Shown here in pieces: positions 1 through 12,793 of a stretch of DNA of 64,000 nt. The stretch is from Thalia democratica. Its lineage: Eukaryota. Numbering within the stretch: the first letter of the stretch is position 1; the number at the start of each line of letters is the position of its first letter. Below the pieces are notes generated by a model. The model was not told where the DNA came from. It did no database searches and worked only from the letters and a program-made list of their open reading frames with translations. Both the position numbers and the translations under genes were made by a program. The DNA lies in the NCBI GenBank assembly GCA_965202585.1, contig OZ241832.1:33666001-33730000 (forward strand). Reading direction: 5' to 3'.

Positions 1-3000
1 ATATGCTGAACATCGTTACATAAAAAATTAACTTACAATTGAATACAAATAAAATATACTTACTTTTAATTTGTGAATTATATTCAATTTCTAATGTTTA
101 CATATTTAAGAAGAAAACAGAATTAACCTTTATGTTTATAATCGTGTCTCGTTTAAAATTTTAATAACACTTTAAGGCTGATTATATTCATCTACATGTG
201 TTTTTAAGACATTTGAAAAACTTTTAATCATTTTTTTTTCAAATGCTTAAATGTCTTTCTTTACACATTAATTTTTGTGGACTGCAATAGCTTAAAAACT
301 AATTTTCTATAGTTTATAAGTTTTTTGGTACTTATCTTAGTTGTATCACGAAACTTTATTTTTGTCAAAAGTAATCGAATACAGTCAATATAGTTTTGTT
401 TTGGAAACAAAAAAATAGTTTCAAAGGTACAATGTAAAGTTTTGTTTAAGAATGCTTCTTTTGTTGACTGAAATATGGTATTTCAGAAAAAAAATCACAA
501 TAGAAAACCATAATACCGTCTATATGTCAAAAACTTCATGGTAATTTCCAATAAAAGACAATATTTCTCATTTTGTGCATAATATAAGCAAATTAAACAA
601 ATTGTTTTATAATTTGTTTTCGGTCGTAGCTGTGAAATTAAATGAAAATTTTCATATATGTTTTTAAATTTATCTAATGTTCATTTCAATTTTATAGCAT
701 TTCAAGCAGAACATTTTAACTATTTAATATATTGTTCATACAGTATAGCATATTTTGAATTATACAAATTCAAATAAACAAAGTAAAAGGTTAAAGACAT
801 TTAAAGAACACCTGCTGTATTAGAACCTGATGCAAAATCTGGAAATCAAACTCAAATCTATAACATATAGCTTTTTTTGAGCTTTAAGTACATTTGTTTA
901 CAACAAAATACTTTTATAGTTTGTAATGCTTATTATGAGTCATTGAAACTTTTTTTCAACAACTTTTTAAAAGCTTGTGTGTACGTGTTTAAAAAGTATT
1001 TAAAAATTGAAGCTTAAGAGCGTTGTTTATAACGTAATTTCTTTATTACTGCAATTAATTAGCATCACTAACAATTTTTTCTAGTTTGTGAGTGGTCCAT
1101 TTTTTTCTTACTGTTTTTTACTAAAAGCTTAAAAGAGGTTATTACAGTTTTGTATTGAAATAAAAGCTATTAGAAAGTGATAGTTAGAAAAATTGCTTAA
1201 ACATTAAATTTATAGACTATAACTACAAAAAAAAACTTCAGTATTTGTGGTTATGTATTTAAATGAACTGTACAGTTTAAATTTTTCAAAAACAGTTTAA
1301 AAGTCTTCATTTAACCTTTACTTTTGATTCTATAACGTAAAGAAAAAGTTAAGTATTTAGTCTTGTCTTAGATTTTCATGAAAAAATAGTCGCGAAAAGC
1401 TAGAAAAGTTGTGTTTGTTTAGTCAACCAAGTTCTATGTTTTTTATTTATATAGTCAAATTAGACGTTTATGTACTTTCAAAAATATTTTACTTAAAAAA
1501 TCTTTTTTGTGCAGACCGACTTACATGTTTAAGTGATTGATAAAAATAACTACAGACGTACAAATATGTTTAATTATAAACAGACTTAAATGCAACTTTA
1601 AGTTACAATATAATACTAAAGTATGGTAGTTCTCATAGAAAACCTGTTTTTAGCAGTTGTAGAGATTTAGATTAACTGTTTTGATTTTAAAATGTAATTT
1701 TATTAAATTGTATCTGTCTATGCAATACCAAACCATTTAGCATACATCAGTGTTATCAACTAATAAAAATTGTATACACTGAAGACTCTACTTGGTCTCA
1801 GAGGTAGGGATAACAAATAGAAAAATAGTTTTTATAATTACCCCAAGAGAATTTCCAAACAATACTACATTACCCAATGATAAAACTGTTTAAAAAACGA
1901 TTCTTGTAAATTTTGTTGTAAATTACTTCTGTTAGCTACAATTTTAATTCTTACCGCAATCGTAAGCTTTTCTATTATTACATTTAGAAAAAAATGTGAT
2001 TTAGGTAAAAAAATAGAGTTAAGAGTTGTTATTTGATCAAAAGTATAAAGTTATACGCGTTTTCAAACATTTTAGATATAAAGTTACATAAAAATAAACT
2101 TTAAGACTAAAATTAACTTCAGTAACTCATTAGAAATTTTAACATTGTTTGAAAATATTAACAGCCATAAAAATCACAAAACAAGAGCTATAACAATGGC
2201 TACAAGCTTCATTTTATACTGTAAAATTATAAAGTTAAAATAATTAGTTCTAAGTATTTTAAAAATAAACAACATTAAGAGTAGGATTTTTTTTAAGAGC
2301 TTACTTTTAACTTTAAGTATTTACAAAACATTATCTTTTTTGCAAAAATATACAGTTAAAAAGATTTACTTTAGTATTTTTATCAGCCCACATACCAAAT
2401 AAGGAAAGCCTAAAATAACTTGCGAATACCGCATTTTCACATTATAACTTTAAAATATGCTTAACAATTCATATCATTCTAATTATATTGCTCCGGCACA
2501 ATAAGCCTAGATTATCTTTTTTAAGAGCAGAAATTTCCTAAGAAATCAAAAATGCCACACTACAGCGAAAAATTTCATTTCCGATGGCTATAAAATTGAT
2601 TCAGCTGTTTTTAAAAGTTGGTGATTTTTGTTTGTTGTAAAGGTCAATGACGTGTGTGTTCCATCAGAGACATTTAAAACTTCGTTAAATTTGCTACACT
2701 TGTCCTAAGTACTGAATTTCTTTGTAAATGGAAAATTAAAGTTATCTATATCCTTTTTTTTGTAATTCTAAGTTTGCATTTTAAGAATGTGTTTAAAAAT
2801 AACTTTAAAATAAATAGTTTTGGGCTTTATATAATGAAGTAAAAATATTTAAAAACCACTTTGAAAATTTATTAAAAAATATTTTTAATAATCTTTCAAA
2901 CATCTTATTATTTTCAAATGTTATAGCTGAGAATAACTAAGACTGCATTTTTTATCTTTTATCAAATCAAAGTTTTTAAATTATTTTCTTGTAACATATA

Positions 3001-3759
3001 CGTTTTTTATGTCATGAATTCATTTCTATTACAAATTGTTGTTACAAAGCAAAACAAATTAATAAAATCAAAATGCTTTAATGTTCAGAGTTTCAATTTT
3101 TATACTTAGCAAATCATTACATATGATGAAATAATATCAATATTTAGTTAACATTAGCAAATAAAATTTAAATATTTGAAAAACAAACACTTTAACTTTT
3201 ATTTATAAAAGTGTTGTTTTTTAATGTATCGTTCTATGAAAGCTAAAGAAAAATTATATAAAAGTTTTTAAGAACACATAAAATTTTAAGAAAAATTTTT
3301 AACGAGTTTTCAATAGCTTAAGCAACTCTTAATACTATATTTTACATTTTATAAACAAAACTTTTACACATTTCGAAGTTTTCATAAATTAGTATAGTTG
3401 ATGATAAATTAAAAACAATAAAATACATCAAAAAAAAAATTGTCAATAACTTCATTTTAGATCAGATTTAAAAGCAAATGTACACTTTTTTAATTAATAT
3501 TTCTAAATCTTCAAAAGCAGTTTTTTGATTTATAGTTTTAAAAATGCTCAAGGTCTGCAAATACATCAAAACGATCTTCTATATCAAGCATGCAACTTTG
3601 ATTGAGCAAAGTTGTTATAAATTTCTTAAGCACTTTTAACAATTTACGGAGCATGAAAAAACGTACTAAACAAACATAAAAACTATCGAGAGTGTAATTT
3701 CAAATTTTTCAAAATTATACAATTTAGATGTTATCCACTCGAATTAACTCGAACACAGA

Positions 3760-4340
3760 CCGAGATAAACGAAAATCCGTCATAGAATGCTGCAGCAAGT
3801 ACAAGCCGCCGACAAAGAAAACAGGCCACCCACCTTCGCTGCAGTTAATTTATCAGACAAAAATGGATTATTTTCACGTTGGCCCGATCTAATCATCTCC
3901 CATTACGGGGCTCATGTGTGCAGCTAAAATGGGAGATTGATGTGTCCAAAAGCCCGGGCTGCCAAGAATAGAGAAATTAATTCTGCAGATGAATTAAACA
4001 GATTGATTTCCGCCTGAAGACGAAACTTTTTTTATGAAAAGAAAAGCCGCTGCCGAAGCCTTTTGTATTTTTGGTTGCGCTCGCGAAGTAATAACAAATT
4101 GAAGTGCAATAAAATTCACGGGTGAGCTGATGTTTTTCTTCGGTGTTTTATTTGGCACCGACAGTTTCCGCGTAATTAAGCTTTGCATCATTATTAAGCC
4201 TTTTGTCAGCACGGAACTGCACGCTGAAAACAAACTCGTTGTTTGCTCTGTTTCGCTGCTGTTAGACGGGCACTTGCATTTTTCCTCGTCCGAGTGAGTT
4301 GATTGGTTTCTGAATGTAAACAAGTGATGGTGGCTTTATT
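3760..4340. promoter_or_regulatory. CpG-rich non-coding island, enhancer-like
   Basis: Sharp rise in GC/CpG without a credible ORF; multiple TAATTA/GATTA homeodomain-type cores, GATTGAT twice, and GGCCACCCA (Gli-like). Confidence 0.45.
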
Positions 4341-5831
4341 TTGTCAGCGTTGGTGTTAATGTGAGTTTATACTGAACAGAGTTGGTTTGGTCTTGAAGGT
4401 AAAATAGGTTTTGAGACAAAAAATGTGCTTTAAGGCTTTTAAAAAGTTTTAAGCATCACATAAACTTGTATATTATTCACTGTATTTGTAGTTTAAAAGC
4501 ATAATCTATTATTAGTTTATTTTTTATAATACGAAAAAAAGAAAATATATAAGTCTAGATAAACAAAGCAGTTGTAAGTAATAAGAAAAGTGCTTTTTTT
4601 TAATAAACACACGAAACCTTTATTGGAGCTTTTATAATAAAGATTTTAATGCTTTTTAAATCCGTAAACAAAGACTTATATTTTTTTATACAGTATCTAA
4701 AAAAGAAAGTTAGTCTGGTAAGAAGCAAAACTTTTACTGCTATGTACATTGTACGTAGAGTTCACTCAGGAGATTACTGTTGTAAGTTCAATTGTAAAAC
4801 TTTTATGACTATATTCACGGCTTTTATTTTAGCAATACTAAAATCAAGTAAGTTTTTTTTTCACAATTGAGTACTCTATATCAAGGTAAACTCAAATACT
4901 TTTTTATTTTGAACGAACTATTTAATTTGACTAGCACGAGTATAATAAGCACTTGTAAATGCTTTGAAGCTAAGACGTTAGCTATATAAACTTAAGTCAT
5001 ACTAATATAAAATATTTTTAAACCAGTATGAAGCTAGTAAGGTTAAACTTATTTAAAGCCAATACTGTGAAGATAAAGTATAATCAGAATAAAAATTAGT
5101 TCAAACAAAATTAGGTAGTAGTCTTTTGAAGTTCAATTAAAAAACACCAAACAAATAAAGTTTGGTTCTGTACGTAACGTTATGTATGAAAATTTTATAA
5201 ATTCAGAAAAAAAGTTGCAAGTAAGTTATGCTTAGAGTTAAACTTTTTTTTTGGTATTTCATGCAATTTATATTAAGTACTTAAACTTAAAGAAAAAGAA
5301 ACAAAATATTATTAAAAGGTATAACCCATTTACAAATTACATTTAAATACATTAAATATTTACTATTAACACTTAATTAAGACTGAGCTCATCAAAAATT
5401 TCTTTAAATAAAAGATATTACTGATAAAGAAAAAAAAACCGTAACTGTCAAATGTTTTAGTTTAGATTACACAATGCTTAGTTTTATCTTTTTTGAATAT
5501 TAGTAACAGTAAAAGTACGTATTTAAGACAGGAAAAAACCATAGCTATAAAAATTCACATTATGAAACAAACTGGTGAGTGAAAACCACCTTTTTTTCCG
5601 GAATTTTTTTCTGGTATAAAATTAGAAATATTAGCAATTGGAACAAAAAAATTAACTAAAAGTTTCTTTGAACTATAAGTTATGGACTTAAATATTAAAT
5701 ATTTGTAATAGCTATTTAAGTAAAACATTTTAGTTTTTTTTACAGTATGTAAAAAACAAACAATGTTTACTGTTTTATTTTCTTATATTCTTATACAATT
5801 ATTTCATTATTTCGTAAACTCAAAAAACGAT

Positions 5832-6015
5832 AAGTCTATCTATGTTTTATGTTTTTTTTAAGATACTGTTTATTTTTTCTTTTGTGTAAACATTTTACTA
5901 TACAAAGTATTAAAAAAATTGGAAACGCTTGTACCAATATTTTTATGCGATGGGTTCAAAGTATAATTTGAACTTTGTTTATTTTAAAAATACAATTAAA
6001 ACGATTTTCGAACAC
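5832..6015 (+). repeat. Diverged direct repeat of about 185 bp, copy 1 (partner 7081-7262)
   Basis: Shared blocks tatctatgttt, aagatactgt, ttgtgtaaac, ggaaac, tttttatgcga, aaagtata.tttg.actttgttt in the same order. Confidence 0.75.
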
Positions 6016-6639
6016 AAGGTACTAATAAAGAAAATAGATATACGGTAAAAATATTTTTTTATAAGTTATACCAGTAATTTTCAATACTAAACGGTTGAGA
6101 AAAAAAACGCATTTGATAAGAACAACCATTATTACATGTTTTTCATTTATTTTGTAATTTTTTTTAAATTTCAACGTATTATTTATATAGTTACAATAAC
6201 TAGTAATATAATAAACTTACTTAAAGCTTTAATTCAAAAATTTGAAAATGCGTAACGCTTTGAAATATATTTTTTTAAATTTAATAGGTTTCCTTGCATT
6301 TAAGTTTTTTACAAAGCCTTACTTCAATAAGTAATTTAGTCTAAAATATTTTCTAATTTAGCACAAACTTTAAACTAAGTATGTTACTAACCAAGGTGTT
6401 CTATAACCTTCAAAATAAATCCTTATACAAATAAACCTTTTTGAAACTTTTGTTTTTGATTTTTACAAATTATAGTTACTTAACATTCATAGGGAAAGTT
6501 ACAGTGGTTTTTTTATATAAATACAAGCTTAAAAAATTGATTTTACATAAATTTTCACTGAATGTTATGGTGTGCACTTCTTTTTTAACATTGTAAACTC
6601 ATGCTTTAGCAAAAGATTTTTAAAAGAAAAGGCTGAAAG

Positions 6640-7030
6640 CTGCACAGAAGCCTCAAAACTCTTTGATCCGCGGCTTCCGAAACTTTCTTTGTTTTCTGAC
6701 CGGAGCAAAAGTGATCAGGCACTGATACTTAAACAAGATTAAGAGTTTAGAAGGCATAAGACTGAAACTTCTTATTGCAAAACCCATAGAAAACCTCGGT
6801 AGCGCAGAAATGTGATAGGATAATTGCGCACAGAAGCTCTGAAAGCGTTTTCGTAAGCTTGCAGAGTAAAAAAAAAAGAGACAAGCAAAGCCGTATTGTG
6901 ATTTAATTTGGCAATTTATATTCGCGCTGTTGTTTTGTTTGTAAACATGCCGCAATTGCTGTTGATCGTAATTAAAATAATCTAAATTGCCAAGATCAGA
7001 TTTTTTCGCGAGGCAATGTGAGATTGCGTA
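6640..7030. promoter_or_regulatory. CpG-rich non-coding island, enhancer-like
   Basis: GC/CpG island with TGTTTGTAAACA (Fox-like) and TAATTA/TAATCT cores. Confidence 0.4.
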
Positions 7031-7080
7031 AAAAGTAATTTTTCTGGTGTAAACGTTGAAGGGTTAAATTAAAAAAAGAT

Positions 7081-7262
7081 AAGATTATCTATGTTTGATG
7101 ATTTTTGGTAAAGATACTGTTATTTTTTTTGTGTAAACTGTTTTCTATAAGAAATATAGAAAAAATTAGGAAACAGTTGCACAAAACTTTTTATGCGAAT
7201 AGTTAAAAGTATAGTTTGGACTTTGTTTGTTTTTAAAATATATTTCAATTCATTTCAAACAG
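7081..7262 (+). repeat. Diverged direct repeat of about 185 bp, copy 2
   Basis: Collinear match to 5832-6015. Confidence 0.75.
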
Positions 7263-9599
7263 AAAACAATTTACTCTTGTGACTATTTTAAAGTAAAACT
7301 TCGGTTAAAGTCTACTTAAGGAAATATGAACATCTAATTAACTTTAAAGCTTGTATACCCTAAAACAAAAATATATCATATACGTTTAAGTAATTTTTTT
7401 TAGTGAAAATTTAGAAAGTAACTTGCGATACAAAATAACAAAAATTATTTATAAAAAGTTCATATGGTTACTTCTATTAAATTGTCGCAATATAAGCCTT
7501 GTTTTGGTGGTGTTGTTTAAATTTAGTTTAGAATACAAACTAAAATACTTTGTTTCAAAAAATAGTAATTTGGAAAGAGTTCATTTACGATTAAAGATTT
7601 TATCGAGTTGATCTGAAACTTTGATTACAATATAGAAAGGTTATCACAATCCAAGTCTAAAATTTATTTTTTCTAAACAGAACTTTGTTTGTTAGTGGTG
7701 CAAGGCTATTTAAAACTTGCTACTAAAAATAAACAGCACTTAAGGTTTAAGTTTAGAAATAGTATGTTAAAAAACAGTGGTTTACTAAAAAAGGTTAAAC
7801 TTGATAAAATATGTTTGTTTGTATTTTATTAATACCGAAATACATAAGAGGCTGCTTTGTTACTAAAATTTATTGCAAATTTAATACTTAAGTGTTAATT
7901 TAACACTATAACTTAATTTCAATAGTTAAAGGTCATACCATACTGCTTTTTTATGTAATAGTGAAGTTAATATTAACTATAAGCATGATTTAAATTGCTT
8001 AAAAGCTAAAAATTATTTTGTTATCTCGAATTTAAATGCTATAGTTTTACTTGCTCGCAGTTAAATTCTTTTAATTGAAGTTTCTTGACTGTGTTTGTTT
8101 ATAGCTATTACTATTAATAACAAGAATATACTTTGGTAAAAATTTTCGATAAACTTATAACCGTCTATTGAAATTAAAAAATATATATAGAGATTTATTA
8201 AATTTTGAAACAGCCTTCCATATAGGTTTAATAAACTTCACACCACTTAAATAGACTAAAAAGTGTACATACATACTTACTTGCATTTATTTTTTTTTAG
8301 TTGTGTAAGTTACAGAAATATTACGTTAGTTTTATCATATTTTAGTGTTTCAAGAATATTTTAAAGCTCAAGGTTTCATGTAGAAATAACTTTGTCATTG
8401 TACAAAAGCAGCGTATAAATTAACCAGTTCAATATATTCAAAATGTATTTTTATTACAATGTTGAATAAACTTTTTACTAGATGGTTATATAAAGATATC
8501 TTATGATAGTAAAATGACCAAAGCATGATAGACCATAAGCTTTATAAAATATTCACTACTTCATGCAAACACACTTCCTTAATCTAATTAAATAATATTA
8601 GTTCTAAGTATTTGACAACTTGTTTTTTATTTTACTTCTAAAATTTAATTTATGTTGTTTTCAATTATAGTTTGAGCTACATTAGCTAAATTTAAAATTT
8701 TCAACTGCATTTTAGACTAAATATATAGTTCATGTTTTATTTTTTATTTTTATTTTTTAGTTTAATATAAATTTCACATGACATTTTTTTCAAAGAAATA
8801 AAGTTTTAAATTTTTTGTTGACAGCAGATAAAATAGTTTTAATCGACAAAAATATTCTTTTTATCTTTCAATTACGTAGATTGTTTTTTTCTTTCAGATA
8901 AAAAGCATAGATAAAGTAAAATAAACTTTAATGATTTTTCTAGTTAAGTTAAATTGTAATTTTTAGCGTTTCGTTGATATCTTTAAAAAATGTTTGTCTA
9001 ATACTTCTTAAACAGTGTTCTTAAATAAAAATGGTTTGTATTATTAGTGTATCAAAAAATACGTGAGTAGAACAAAATAAAGTTTAAACTATATTGATAT
9101 ACAATACACTAAGAATTGAACTTATAGACAGTAAGAAAAATAAAATTTTATATAAAAATACTTTGTAATTGAAAAAGTAATTCGTAGTAAATTTTCAACT
9201 TGGAAAGTCATATACTTTATTGGTTGTAAAACTTTATGAAAAAGGTCGCAAATAAACTTTATTTTACAATGCTCAACATTTTTTTGGTTGTTAAAGTTGT
9301 AAACAAACATTTCTTAAAGTTGTAAAAAACTTACTTGCAAGCACACTAAAGTAACCGAGAAAAACGTTTAAGTTTTTTTTTTCCACTGTTTAACTGTTTT
9401 TTTTAGTTTAATAGTTTTTTAAGAACTGTAATAGAAAAATGTATAATTTGAAACATTGCAATTTTTATTGAAAATAATTTAAAGCATATATTTTATAACA
9501 GCGTATTGAAAATCCAAAAAAAAAAAAAAGCTAGTAGAGAACCAACCGAACTGAAAGCAAAAAACAGGCACGAGGCTTTTCTCAAACTTTCGTTCTCTC

Positions 9600-9884
9600 G
9601 CTATTTTTTCCTTTCGTTCAGACACTGCGCATATAAGCAAGCTCCCATCCACTCGTCGCCATTCAAAAGCTCTCACGTTTCGCAGCTGTGTGATAACTGA
9701 TATTCGAAATGCTTTTTTGGTGAAGTCTTGCGTAAACTAAGCTATCGAGTGCGCGTTGAGGGCTTCGAAACGGGCAATCGACCCTCAAGAATTTTGTCGA
9801 CAGACGTTTTATTACTTTTGTTATTGAGTTTCAAAAATTTCAACGCTTTCAAAGTTTTAGCTATTTAGTTGCGTTTATTTTAAG
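9600..9884 (+). promoter_or_regulatory. Candidate promoter and non-coding first exon of GPCR paralog A
   Basis: CpG-rich island with TATAAG at 9632-9637, an Inr-like CCATTC about 25 nt later, and a donor AAG|GTACGT (GT at 9885). A matching acceptor ttttttcag lies at 11194, 26 nt before the ATG. Confidence 0.4.
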
Positions 9885-10249
9885 GTACGTTGTTAAATTG
9901 AGATCTGAGTTTGTTTTATAAACTTTAAGTTGTTAGTCTTATTTTTATTTGTATGCTTCTTTTTTAGTAATAAACAGATATATTTAAGAAATATTACTGA
10001 AAAGTTAATGAGCAACATATTAATGTAGGTAATTTTTTCAAATTTTAACTTAAGTAAGTTAAATAACCTGACCTTAATTTTACGATGTATTCAAAGCAAT
10101 TTGTAAAAAAATTTGTAAAAATACGACCAACTCATTTTTTATTTTTAAAGTAGAAAGTAGTCTTAAAATATTGTTTAAGATAAACGTTCAAGTAACTAAC
10201 TTTTCTAAAAAGTACTCGTCAAAAGCAAGATATAAATTTTGGAGACTGA

Positions 10250-11110
10250 TTTAATGGATAGATCAATGAAACAGCTGTCAAACTCACAGCGTGATTCATA
10301 AAGACCATCTACTTTGTCTTGTGGCTTTCATAATTGCGCTTTGTAAATTGAAAAACAATTGAAAAAACAAACTTTGCAAATTAGTAATCGGCCAATCAAG
10401 TTATGCTTTTTCCCAGCACTTTCGTTGTTGTTTTTGTTCCATAAATTAGCTGTGTAATCGTTTTTTTGTTTGTTTTAAAAAAGCAATATGTATTAGAATT
10501 AACCTTTAAATTGGTTTTTGAAAAATCAACTCAAAAGCAAATGTGTTCGCCGATTTTATCGCGAGTCTCGTTAACATATTACCTTATCTCAGATTTGTTT
10601 TATCTTGACAGTTTAATTCAAAGCGGTCGCCTATTTTTCTAAGTTTTATTGAAAAACAGTTTATTTATTACGCTGCTTTCTTTGGCATGTTGACACTTTA
10701 ATTGAGCTGATAAGGCATAGTCACACACAATTAAAAGAGTACTGTTGGATAAACATTTCTCACCGACTCTTCATCATTTCAATAAACAGTAGCGGCTCCT
10801 GAGAACACATATTCTTTCGACAAGCCAATTACGGAGCTGAAACTCGCGCAGTGATAAGCCTTCGCCGAAACAGAAAGCTGTTGAAAAGAATGCATAAGAA
10901 AATCCTTCATTACATAAAAAAGAGCAATCTAATTAGCCTTGTAATTAATCAATATCCGCGTATTGTATGTTAACGAGATTTAGAAGGATTATTAGCAAAA
11001 GCTAATTCCTTAATTGCTCCTTTTATCATCAAAGAAAAGGGAGAAACATTTGTAAACAGGATTACGCGAAAGTGCTTCTATGAATAGCGAGCACTATTTC
11101 GAGTGTTTTC
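10250..11110. promoter_or_regulatory. Enhancer-like island just upstream of the GPCR A start codon
   Basis: CpG-rich; CAGCTGTCA and TGACAG (TALE/Meis-like), AGATCAAT, GCCAATCA, several GATA cores. Confidence 0.4.
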
Positions 11111-11220
11111 GAAAGTACAACGAACCCTTGAAAATTCAATTTTAAATAATATGAATTGAAAACTCAGCTTTCTAACGACTATATATTTTTTCAGATAAAT
11201 ATTTTAATTAGTAAAACATA

Positions 11221-12793
11221 ATGGCTTCACGCGCGCTTCAGTTTGTCTTGCTGACGTTGAACTTGGCATCTTTGTCATTTTGTTGGCAGGAAGGTGAATT
11301 CTATGCCCGTGAGTTTATTCATTTGTTTATTAGTTCACAGACTGTTAATACATGGGCTAAAATTTCAATGCTGCACGTTTTTTTCTAAATTAAATCTGAA
11401 ATTAGGCTATTTTCAACTAAACGTAAAACTAATCTAACGGTACAAAAAAACTTTAAAAACTGACTTTTTATCGATCAATGACGTATTTTAACAATCATAA
11501 CGTCACGCAGCTGACGGCCCAGGAAGCAGCAACAGCCCTCCCGACTACACCGTTGACGACATCCCGTTTCCTTACGACGACACACCGCAGGTCAACTTGA
11601 GGGAAACAAACGACGTCGTGGTCGGGACCAGTTACTTTGTCCTCGCGGTCGCCGCGTTCGTTTTGAACCTGATGTCGGCCTTTTCGCTGTACGCGAGCGA
11701 GAGGGCGGCGATGAAAAGAACCCAGATGATCCTGCTCAACCTGGTCTGCCTGCTCCTGGTGCCCACCATGCTCGGCACCGCGCTCGACAGGGTCAACGGG
11801 GGATGGAGTTTCGGAGTTCTCGCCTGCAAGGTTGGTGCTGGAAACAGTTTGTTCAGATTTTTTATTTTTAACGTGTTTTAGATTAAGCAAAGTTTTAACG
11901 TTTTAACAAAAAGTTTCAATTGTTGTTTTCCCTCACAGTTCAGCAACTGGTTCAAGATCTTCTGCATTTCCCTGCAAACGCTCCTGTGCTTGCTGATCGT
12001 CGACTGCGCCAACTCGGACCTGAAGCCTCGCTTCATCACGAAGAACTTGAGCAAGCAGAAGATGCGCAAGTACGCGGCCGTCTCCCACTCGATCAAGTTC
12101 CTCTTCGTCTTCGCCCTCTCCTTCGCTCTCGCCTGCCCCGTGTGGAACAGGTCCGACGTGTCGACGATGTACGGCAGGAGGCAGTGCACCGTGAGAGTGT
12201 ACGAAGAGACCGAACAGTACGAAGCGTCGGAAGAGTACCACGGCGTCGTTGAAGGGGAAAACCCCGTCGACGACGAGAGTTACGAGGGCAGCGGCGCGTA
12301 CGATGTTTCAAGACTCTATGACGATGACTTTTTCACCGACTTTTTGGCGAGCGGCCTCGAAAACATCCAGCAGTGCGGTATGCCCTTGGCCTCGCCCTCA
12401 TACAAGCTGTGGTTCCTGTACACAACGTTGGTCGCCTACTTTGCACCCCTGCTGAGCTTCTTGTGCTGGACGGTTTTCATGACGATCAAACTGCGAAGCT
12501 GCGAGGTGTTCAAATTCAACCGCATGGTGGTGCTCTTCCTGACCTCGGCCCTGTGCCTGGCGCCCATCAACGCCTTCAAGCTGTCCAAGTACTTTGGGGT
12601 GGACCTCGCGCGCGAGAACTGCGCCTTGTTCGGGCTGGTCGCTTCCGTGGTCGCCCACCTCTCCACAGTGGCCCTCCCGTTGGTCCTCGTCTTCCACGCG
12701 TACAAGGCGCGCAAGGAGGGCGGCAAGGAGTACGACCGGGTGTCGGAGGAGAAGAAAGCGCTGACGAGCCGCTCCGACGAGTTCCTCGCCTGA
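11221..12793 (+). CDS. Atypical class A (rhodopsin-family) 7TM GPCR-like protein with signal peptide, paralog A; join(11221..11293,11511..11830,11939..12793), 415 aa
   Basis: Exon 1 MASRALQFVLLTLNLASLSFCWQE is signal-peptide-like and ends G|gtgaat. Phase-1 intron to cacgcag|CT (11511), phase-0 intron AAG|gttggt (11831) to cctcacag|TTC (11939); the frame stays open to TGA at 12791-12793. Seven hydrophobic segments, ECL1/TM3 motif WSFGVLACK, ECL2 Cys, TM5 YF-APL, TM6 CLAP, TM7 proline. AATAAA at about 13082. Confidence 0.85.
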
